Source: an uncultured Planctomycetaceae bacterium
GTDB taxonomy: Bacteria > Planctomycetota > Planctomycetia > Pirellulales > PALSA-1355
Length of the DNA stretch: 64,000 nt
Direction: 5' to 3'
NCBI GenBank assembly: GCA_963785305.1
Contig: CAWAUV010000008.1
Coordinates: forward strand, 672,001 to 736,000
The notes below the pieces were generated by a model. It had not been told where the DNA came from. It saw only the letters and a program-made list of their open reading frames with translations, and searched no databases. The position numbers and the translations under genes are program-made. Shown piece after piece: positions 55,739-64,000 of the stretch. The stretch's first letter is position 1. The number at the start of each line of letters is the position of its first letter.

Positions 55739-56392
55739 TCAATGCGCCGGGCGCCAAGCGTCGGGGGGAATTGGCACGAGCTTCGCCTCGCTCGCGGCGG
55801 GCGACGCCGCTGGAGCCCGCGGCGGAATCTTGAGCGTCATGCCGATCGGGAGCAGATCGGGCCGCTTGAGCACATCGCGATTCGCCGCGAAGATCTCGAG
55901 GTATCGCTCGGCGCTCCCCAGATAGTCGGCCGCTAGCTTGCTGAGCGTGTCGCCATCGACCACTCGGTGCGTCCGCGGCTCGGCCTCGCCCGTGGGCTCG
56001 TCGCTGGCCGCATGCAGTTCGAGGGCCCGCGGCATCTCGGCGTTTCGCGGCGCCGGCGTGGCCGAATCGGTTTCCAGGGGTTGCAAGAGCGCGCCCACCG
56101 GGCTCATCGAGCGTTCGATAATCCGCGGCATCACCGCGACCTCGACCGCCGAGGACCGCGTCGCCGCGACCGGCGGCCGAAACGATGTGTCGGACTCCGT
56201 GGCCAAGCGATAAGGAACCTGCCGCCGCGGAGCCGGCGCTGAATCATCGGCCACGCGACGCACGATTGGATTCGCGGTCGCATCGCCAAACTCGACGTCG
56301 CGCTCGCCGGCCGGCTTGCGAAACACGATCGCCGCCAAGAGCCCCATGGCAACCAGCGGAGCGATGAGAGCCAATTTTTTGCCGGCCGACAT
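55739..56392 (-). CDS. Membrane-anchored LysM-domain protein
   Basis: N-terminal TM helix; HRVVDGDTLSKLA..YLG..IFAANR..L.IG..LKIP. Confidence 0.85.
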   Translation of the reverse strand: MSAGKKLALIAPLVAMGLLAAIVFRKPAGERDVEFGDATANPIVRRVADDSAPAPRRQVPYRLATESDTSFRPPVAATRSSAVEVAVMPRIIERSMSPVGALLQPLETDSATPAPRNAEMPRALELHAASDEPTGEAEPRTHRVVDGDTLSKLAADYLGSAERYLEIFAANRDVLKRPDLLPIGMTLKIPPRAPAASPAASEAKLVPIPPDAWRPAH

Positions 56393-56618
56393 GGGAACTG
56401 CTCGCGGCGTTCCTCGAAGCACCTCGGCGCCGCGACATCGCGGAACCATGCGGTTCCTAATCATCGACATCCTGGTGGCGCGACTTGAAGAAAACCGCTG
56501 CGGAAAAATTCCGCGATGTTTCCTCAAGCGCGAGATTGGCTCGCGCGCCTGCGGATGAGCGTGCAAGTTGATCGCCATGAAGCATCGCCGTGGCGTTCCA
56601 CGCTGACTGTGCATGCAG

Positions 56619-56956
56619 CTACGCAAGCTTCAGAATGCCCATGCGGCCGAGCGCATCGATCACGCTGCCCAGGGCGCCGGTCAGGGCCGGGTGCGAGTCT
56701 TCGAAGTCGCGGGCCGCGGCAGTCAAGCGGGACCCGAGACCGGTTTCGGCGGCGCGCACGGCGGAGCGTGAGGAAAGAGTGGTTGCGGCGAAAATGGCTC
56801 CGAGGGCGGCGCCTGCGGGGAGAGCGCGGTCTCGATATCGGCAAGCGTCGCTCGAAGCCGGGCCACGGCCGCGGCGTCGGAAGGCGGTAGTTCATCCAAC
56901 TGCTGGCGAAGCGCCTCGAGCGAATTGTGCAAGCGGAGAGAGTCGGGCACGGTCAT
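56619..56956 (-). CDS. DUF4404-like small helical protein (frameshifted)
   Basis: LHNSLEALRQQL..., continuing in a second frame as RDFEDSHPALTGALGSVIDALGRMGI. Confidence 0.65.
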
Positions 56957-57130
56957 GAGGGTCGCTTCCTTGAGGATTTTTAATCTGGCCCGCGTCGAGG
57001 GCGATTCGCCTGCCGGGTTTACCGACGTTGGCCGACGCCTGCCGACGCCCAGGCGGCGCCTCGGATATTTTATGCGTTCGTCGGCCGGAATCATCTGTCG
57101 GACGGCCAGCTCCGGGGGCCGCCGGGGCCG

Positions 57131-57159
57131 TTGCGAGCTGGCAGTTGCGCCAGTATAAT
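57131..57159 (+). promoter_or_regulatory. sigma70 promoter of gap
   Basis: TTGCGA-N17-TATAAT. Confidence 0.65.
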
Positions 57160-57181
57160 TCCCGGCCAACATACGCACTAG

Positions 57182-58321
<1,140 letters not shown>

Positions 58322-58383
58322 GCAAGCCGCCGTGTAAGCCAGAGGCCGAGCAAACCGGCCACGCCAAAAGCACGACCCAACGT

Positions 58384-58418
58384 AAAAACGCCCTCGAAGC
58401 AATTCGAGGGCGTTTTTT
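58384..58418. terminator. Bidirectional intrinsic terminator
   Basis: aaaaacgccctcgaa-gcaa-ttcgagggcgtttttt between convergent gap and lemA. Confidence 0.9.
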
Positions 58419-58449
58419 ACGCGCTATTTTGGCCGGCGAAAGTAGGCTG

Positions 58450-59112
58450 CTAGGGGGCCGTGTCCGGCGCGGCCGTGGCTTTTTCAGGCGCTGTGTCGAC
58501 TTTTTCCGGCGCCGCTTCGGGCTTGTCGGAGAAGTCGACTTTGGGGTTGGCCTTGGCTTCGTCTTCGACTTTGAAATACTCCGCCTCGCGTACTCCGGCC
58601 CAGTGGGCGAAGAAGCTGCCGGGAAAGGGGCGAATAAACACGTTGAGCTGCTTCACCGCGTCGTTGTATTTGTTGCGCTCGACGCTCAGTCGATTCTCGG
58701 TGCCCTCGATCGAGTCTTGCAGCTTGAGAAACGCTTCGGTCGAACGAAGCTGGGGGTAATTCTCCGCCACGAGCAGCAGCCGGGCCAACGCGCCTTCCAT
58801 TTGACCGGCCGCTTGAGCTTTCTCGTTCACGGTGCGGGCGCCGCCATACGATTCGCGGGCCTTGGCGATGCCGAGAAACACCTTTTGTTCTTGCAGACCG
58901 AGGCCCTTGGCCGTGGCCACGAGATTCGGAATCAGATCATAGCGGCGCTGGAGCTGGACTTCGACATTCGACCATTGGCTATGCACCGCTTCGTCGAGCG
59001 CGATCGCTTGGCGATAGCCTTGATATCCCCAGATCGCGAGCCCGCCAACCACCACGCCGAGCATCAAAAGCACCGCCAAGCATCCGGCGATCCCAAACCA
59101 AAATGTTTTCAT
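58450..59112 (-). CDS. lemA: LemA family protein
   Basis: QRRYDLIPNLV, ENYPQL, GTENR. Confidence 0.93.
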   Translation of the reverse strand: MKTFWFGIAGCLAVLLMLGVVVGGLAIWGYQGYRQAIALDEAVHSQWSNVEVQLQRRYDLIPNLVATAKGLGLQEQKVFLGIAKARESYGGARTVNEKAQAAGQMEGALARLLLVAENYPQLRSTEAFLKLQDSIEGTENRLSVERNKYNDAVKQLNVFIRPFPGSFFAHWAGVREAEYFKVEDEAKANPKVDFSDKPEAAPEKVDTAPEKATAAPDTAP

Positions 59113-59240
59113 GGAACCCTTGTTCGCGAAATAAAATGTGCCGCGGTAATATCGCATGGTACCGCCGCGCTCATGGCGCCGGTAAAACTCGCGACATGGA
59201 ATTGTAGATCGTGCGTCGCCGAGCGCCTACCAACAAGCGC

Positions 59241-60146
59241 CTACCAACTCGCGCTTGCTCCGCCGCCGCCCGAGTCGCCGCCCCCGCCAAACGATCCGCC
59301 CGCATCGCCGCCGCCCCAACCGCCGCCGCTACTCCAGCCGCCCCCGCCGCCACTCCACCCGCCGCCGCGACCACTACTGAAAAACGAGCCTCCCGGGTCA
59401 CGCGAAATCCAACCGCGCCGCAGGCCAAGGGCGACGAGCCCGAACACCACGAGCAAAATCACGACCAGCACCAGCGGGCTCACGGTCGTGACCTGTTCGA
59501 ACGGCGCGACCGACCGGGGAAGAGTGTTGGCGATGGTCTTGCCATCTTCGGCGGCCACTTTCCGCACGACCGCGACCACCAGCTCCCGGCAGCCCTCGGC
59601 ATAGGCCCCGCGGCGGAAATAATCGGACGCAACGCGCCGGATGAGCGTGCCGCACCAACTGTCGGGCAAGGCGCCTTCGAGCCCATAGCCGGTGTGGATG
59701 CGAACTTTGTGGTCCTTGATCGCCAGCACGATCAAGGCGCCGTTCTTCTCCTTCTTCAAACCAAGCTTCCAAGCGACATACGTTCGCTGCGAGAATTCAA
59801 AGAGGTCATCGCCTTCGAGCGAACGCACAATGAGCAGCTTGACTTGAGCGGTGGTCTCGATTTCGAGTTGCTTGAGCCAGCCTTCGAGCTCTCGGGCCGT
59901 GGCGCCGTCGAGCACATTGGCCGTGTCGACCACGAACGTGCCGGGATCCTTAATCGTCAGTTCCGCCGCGGCGGGTCGCGCGGCGGTGAGCGCCAGCGCG
60001 GCGATAATCGCGAGCGAGGCTTTGAGCCACGCATTGAGCGAGACATTGAGCGCGGGGATCGGAAGGCACGCGACATCCGATTCGCCCGATCTCGAGCCGT
60101 CGATCCACCGGCTCGCGTCGATCTTTTCGGCCCGGCTACAATGCAT
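59241..60146 (-). CDS. TPM-domain (YgcG-like) membrane protein
   Basis: VVDTANVL, WKLG, RIHTGYGLEGALPD, TM helix, Gly-rich tail ending GGGGASASW; start uncertain. Confidence 0.9.
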   Translation of the reverse strand: MHCSRAEKIDASRWIDGSRSGESDVACLPIPALNVSLNAWLKASLAIIAALALTAARPAAAELTIKDPGTFVVDTANVLDGATARELEGWLKQLEIETTAQVKLLIVRSLEGDDLFEFSQRTYVAWKLGLKKEKNGALIVLAIKDHKVRIHTGYGLEGALPDSWCGTLIRRVASDYFRRGAYAEGCRELVVAVVRKVAAEDGKTIANTLPRSVAPFEQVTTVSPLVLVVILLVVFGLVALGLRRGWISRDPGGSFFSSGRGGGWSGGGGGWSSGGGWGGGDAGGSFGGGGDSGGGGASASW

Positions 60147-60936
60147 CGGCGAATTGTTCCAGTGCTTCGAGGTCGGCATGCAGGCGGCGGAACTTGCTCC
60201 AGTGGGCCGTGTCGGCGCGGTCGAGCGCCCCGGTGACCCCACGCAGCTCGATGCCAAGCTCTTTCTCGATCGCGTCCACGAGGGCGAACATCGTCGCTGG
60301 GCGAGGCGTGTTGGTGAGCCAAGCGAGGCCATGCAGCACCCGGGCGAGCGATAAGCCGAGATCCTGATTCAGTTCTCCCAAACGCTCGTCGGTTCCGCCC
60401 GAGGTTAAGAGACCGCCATGCATCGCCATGCGCAAGACTTTGAGTTCGCGCTCGCAGGCGAGCCGCACATGTTCGCGCTCGAAGGTGAGTGACGCGAAAA
60501 AATCATCGCCCAAGACGAGAATCCGTCGCCACTGGATTTCGAGCAGCTCGAGCGGAAAGGTGTCGCGCGAGCGTTCGATGGCGTGGCGAGTGAGCACCAC
60601 CGGGGCCGCAAGGCCAAGCCGGCCGAACTTGGGCCCTTCGGTCGCGAGCAACCGCAGTCCCTCGAGCTGGGAATCGCCAAGCCAGACGCCCCCAAGCCGA
60701 GATTCGTTGGGCCGATTATTGCCCAGCCCGACGCCGCCATGCCGGGCGCTCTCGAGCACCAGCGCACTGCGTAGGCGAATGCTCGGGTCGAGCAAGTCGA
60801 GCGCCGCGCCATGCACGACGAGGCCGAGCGCATCGGCGCCGAAGCAGTCGCGCACTCGCGCGGCAAGCCGCTCGACCGGCTCGCGCCAGGCGCCGGGCAG
60901 GCGAACGATCGAAGCGGTTTCGCTGGAGTGTTGCAC
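60136..60936 (-). CDS. Nucleotidyltransferase-like protein of the lemA-TPM cluster
   Basis: LVVHG, SRDTFPLELLEI, VLGDD, VRLACEREL. Confidence 0.7.
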   Translation of the reverse strand: MQHSSETASIVRLPGAWREPVERLAARVRDCFGADALGLVVHGAALDLLDPSIRLRSALVLESARHGGVGLGNNRPNESRLGGVWLGDSQLEGLRLLATEGPKFGRLGLAAPVVLTRHAIERSRDTFPLELLEIQWRRILVLGDDFFASLTFEREHVRLACERELKVLRMAMHGGLLTSGGTDERLGELNQDLGLSLARVLHGLAWLTNTPRPATMFALVDAIEKELGIELRGVTGALDRADTAHWSKFRRLHADLEALEQFADAL

Positions 60937-61031
60937 GGGCTAGCCGTTGAACCATTTGGAGGCCGACGATGAAGCTATCGATCGCCGGCGTGGGCCGGTC
61001 CTTCGATAATAGTCGTCGCGGCGGGCCGGTC

Positions 61032-61110
61032 CTAGCGGTCTGTTGAAATATTCAACAGGCCGCTAGCCGCGCGTGGAAATAGTGGAAATAGTGGAAATAT
61101 TCAACAGGCG
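61032..61110. repeat. YTAG-anchored palindrome copy D plus a degenerate half copy with 3 x GTGGAAATA
   Basis: CTAG-cggtctgttgaaatattcaacaggccg-CTAG (61032-61066), then gtggaaata x3 + ttcaacaggcgg. Confidence 0.9.
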
Positions 61111-61249
61111 GCGAAACGGCTTCGGTCATTGGGAAATGCGCCGGCTGCGCGCGAATCGGATCGGGTTCGCGAGTCCGATTGACGGTCGTCGCGGGCCGGG
61201 CGAGAATCAGGGCGCGTTGTTTACAAATGCCTTTCAGGCGTCGCGCCGC

Positions 61250-62042
61250 ATGATCTTCGATTGGTTGCGCAACCGGCGTCGGCGGCGATTGCTCGCCGAG
61301 CCGTTTCCCGACGCCTGGCCGCGAGTGCTCGATCGCAATGTCAAGCACTATGCCTTTCTCTCGCCCGACGAGCAGCGCCGGCTCTGCGATCTCGTGCGCG
61401 TCTTCGTGGCCGAGCGCCACTGGGAAGGCTGCGCCGGCTTCGAAGTGACCGACGAGGTAAAAGTCACCATCGCGGCCCATGCCTGCATGATGCTCTTGGG
61501 CATGGAGCACGATTATTTTTCGAGTGTCTCATCGATCTTGGTTTATAAGACCGATTTCCAAGTGCCCCAACATCGCGCGCACAGGCTCGCTCGTGGTCGA
61601 CGAAGACGTGAGCCTCTCGGGCCAAGCCGTGTATCACGGGCCGGTCGTGCTGGCGTGGCGCGATGCGAGGCTCGCGGGGCGGCGGCCATTTTCGGGCGTC
61701 AACGTGGTGTGGCACGAGTTTGCCCATCAGCTCGACATGCTCGACGGCGAAATCGACGGGGCGCCGCTCTTGGAATCGCGCGAGCAAAGCGACCGATGGC
61801 GCACGGTGATGACAGCCGAATTCAAGCGGCTGATTTCCGAGAGCGAAGCCGGGGTCGATACCCTGCTCGACGACTACGGCGCCACGAACGAAGCCGAATT
61901 CTTCGCCGTGGCGACCGAAGCCTTCTTCGATGTGCCGGGCCTCTTGGAAGACGAGCATCCGGAGCTATACGCGCTCTTTGCCGACTACTTCAAACAAGAC
62001 CCCGCCCGGCGAATCCCGCGAGAAGCGTATTTCGACGACTGA
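61250..62042 (+). CDS. MtfA/M90-family zinc peptidase (frameshift near 61575)
   Basis: IAAHAC, SILVY, NVVWHEFAHQLD, YGATNEAEFFAVATE. Confidence 0.88.
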
Positions 62043-62107
62043 GCACTCTTTCGTCTCTCGCGCCGAGATCGCGTTGCCAAACGGCGAAGTCACGCATCGA
62101 GGGGCGG

Positions 62108-62569
62108 TCACTGCTCGGTCGCGGCGGCGCCGCATGCGCCTTGCTCGGTCGCCCAGCGGCGGAATTCGGGTTCTTCGAGAAATATTCCGGTGGCGGTGTC
62201 CTGGATCAGCACTCGCTGCTCGGGCCAGCCGAAGGCGCGAAGGAGGTCGTCGAAGCGCTCGGTGGGGCAAGCGCCGCGAAGATCGACATGTTGCAGGCGG
62301 CCTTGACGATCGTAAAGCTCGCCTTCGACTTGCCAGCCGGGAGTCGCAGCGCACGGCTTCCATAGAAATGCGCCGTCGGGTTCGGTAAACATGCCATCGA
62401 GCCGATCGAGCGCCGCGATCGCATCTTCAAAACGCGCGCTGAACTGAGTCGCCGCGTGGGCCGGAGTCCAGGCATGGGTCGCGTAGGTTTCGCCGCGCAG
62501 CTTCACGGCGGGACCCAGCGAACCGGCGCTGGGCGGCCGAGCATGCAACGTGGCATGAAAGACAAGCAC
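62108..62569 (-). CDS. Hypothetical protein
   Basis: Globular-looking ORF (MFTEPDGAFLW...GELYDR...LRGACP) in the cutA run; start uncertain. Confidence 0.65.
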   Translation of the reverse strand: MLVFHATLHARPPSAGSLGPAVKLRGETYATHAWTPAHAATQFSARFEDAIAALDRLDGMFTEPDGAFLWKPCAATPGWQVEGELYDRQGRLQHVDLRGACPTERFDDLLRAFGWPEQRVLIQDTATGIFLEEPEFRRWATEQGACGAAATEQ

Positions 62570-62579
62570 GGGCAAAGCC

Positions 62580-62942
62580 TCACGCCGGCGCGTCCGTCGT
62601 TTCGTTTTTCGCGGCGGGCGCGGGCTCGACACTCTCGCGCAGCCATTTCAAATAATCCGCGAAGCCGTCCACGATCGGCACGGCGATGATTTCGGGAGTG
62701 CGGTAGGTGTGCAATTCGCGGATAGTCGCTTCCACCGCCGTGTAGCGCTCCGGCGTCGTCTTGGCGGCGCAGACCCATTCCTCGCGCGAAATCTCCATGC
62801 GCTCTTGCCAACGGTAGGTGCTTTCGGCCGGGCCGGTGATCTGCACGCAGCCGGCTTGGCGTCGTTCGACGAGCTCATAGGCGATGCGTTCGGCCAGATC
62901 GCGGCTGGCCGTGGTGGTGATTACAAGCATTGCGTCGGGCAT
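62580..62942 (-). CDS. cutA: Divalent-cation tolerance protein CutA
   Basis: LVERRQAGCVQ, STYRW, IRELHTY.TPEII, YLKW. Confidence 0.92.
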   Translation of the reverse strand: MPDAMLVITTTASRDLAERIAYELVERRQAGCVQITGPAESTYRWQERMEISREEWVCAAKTTPERYTAVEATIRELHTYRTPEIIAVPIVDGFADYLKWLRESVEPAPAAKNETTDAPA

Positions 62943-63682
62943 GCCGAGCCTCCTCGCTGTGTCGCTGGGGAATGTTTGGTCGTGCTCGCGGCGATTATTC
63001 CGCGGCCAAGCTCAATGTCGTGGACAACTTCATAAACGTAAACCGTGAGCGACACCTTTCCCTCGGTCGTGTGAAATGCTTCCACGCGGCGCATCGCGAG
63101 ACCGTGGGACGCGCAGGCCTCCTGAAACCGATGCGCCGGGCGCCGCCCCGGATCGCTCACCAGCGCCACGCCGTCGGCCTTGAGCGACCGCCGAATCACG
63201 TTGGCCACGAGGGCGGCGTTCGGCCGTTCGTAGAGCACATCCGAGGCGAGAATCATATCGAACTGGCCCAGGTCGTCTGGCAACTGGCGCCAATCGATCA
63301 TGCGCGCGGCGACCGTCGAAAGGCCATGGCGTTCGGCGTTGTGGGCCGTGAACTCGAGAGCTTCGGTGAAGTAATCGGTCGCCGTGACTTGAAAGCCGGC
63401 CTCGGCCGCCGTCAGCGAAAGAAGTCCCACGCCGCAGCCAAGCTCGAGCAGGCGGCGGCCCTTGCCTGGAATCGCCGCCACCCGATCGGCCAACACCCGG
63501 GCGCTGGGCCACAATTCCGCCCAGTAGGGTAAGCGTTCGTCGCGGTCGAAGTCTTCCTCGCGGATCAGGTCTTCCGACGATTCAGGCCGGCGAAGTTCCC
63601 AGCGTTGCCCGGCGACGACAACGACCGTGTCGACGACTTTGAAACGAGATTCGAGTTCCGCGAGCGACGGGGCGGCGGGCAA
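62921..63682 (-). CDS. Class I SAM methyltransferase (family 16-like)
   Basis: PYWAELWPSA, LLELGCGVG, ILASDVLYE, DPGR. Confidence 0.88.
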   Translation of the reverse strand: MPAAPSLAELESRFKVVDTVVVVAGQRWELRRPESSEDLIREEDFDRDERLPYWAELWPSARVLADRVAAIPGKGRRLLELGCGVGLLSLTAAEAGFQVTATDYFTEALEFTAHNAERHGLSTVAARMIDWRQLPDDLGQFDMILASDVLYERPNAALVANVIRRSLKADGVALVSDPGRRPAHRFQEACASHGLAMRRVEAFHTTEGKVSLTVYVYEVVHDIELGRGIIAASTTKHSPATQRGGSACPTQCL

Positions 63683-63785
63683 TGGCGCCGCGTTCGACGT
63701 GGTTTCTGGCTTGGGGGTTATGATTGCACGCGTCCTTAAATGCCCGGCGACTCTCCTCGAGTGGCCCGCGAAACACGAGACATCG

Positions 63786-64000
63786 CTATTTCCTCAACTC
63801 GATCGGAACCCGGTCGATCTTGGCGGCGAGAATAAAGTCGTTTTCCGAGAGACCGCCGATCGCGTGGGTCCAGAGCTCGATCCACACATTGCGGTAGCCT
63901 TCGAGGTGCAGGTCCGGGTGATGCCCATCGGCTTCGGCCAAGCGGGCGACTTCCTCGAAAAATCGCATTCCGGCCATGAAGTTCTTAACCACCCAGTCCC
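63786..64000 (-). CDS. Pterin-4-alpha-carbinolamine dehydratase (5' end outside the window)
   Basis: AEADGHHPDL, WTHAIGGLSENDFILAAKID. Confidence 0.92.
   Translation of the reverse strand, partial: DWVVKNFMAGMRFFEEVARLAEADGHHPDLHLEGYRNVWIELWTHAIGGLSENDFILAAKIDRVPIELRK

Overview
High-GC bacterial DNA, most likely from a planctomycete (Pirellulales-like). This is inferred from the fae-mtd pair, the Gly-rich RRM protein, the DUF1080/DUF4912/DUF3467-like proteins and the repeat types. The window holds a complete F1Fo ATP synthase operon (1.7-10.0 kb) and housekeeping genes (purB, rsmE, rimI, gap, cutA, dgkA, lemA). A small accessory island at 18.5-21.3 kb has an internally deleted IS4-like element, an orphan Rhs toxin tip with a candidate immunity gene, and a YD-repeat fragment. 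There is an ABC exporter with extra N- and C-terminal domains, preceded by a sigma54-type motif and a 52-aa Zn-ribbon ORF that is missing from the ORF track. The best candidate for a new system is a minus-strand operon at 40.8-44.2 kb: a PhnY-like Fe/2OG dioxygenase, an MFS transporter and an ArsI-type C-As lyase fused to a degenerate ArsM-like domain, suggesting organoarsenical processing. A 27-28 bp palindrome bounded by YTAG occurs 4-5 times, and three genes end in tandem repeats that duplicate the stop codon. About 15 single-base frameshifts, including one in atpC, are probably sequencing or assembly indels. No rRNA, tRNA or CRISPR array was recognised. All family calls come from reading motifs by eye, not from database searches.
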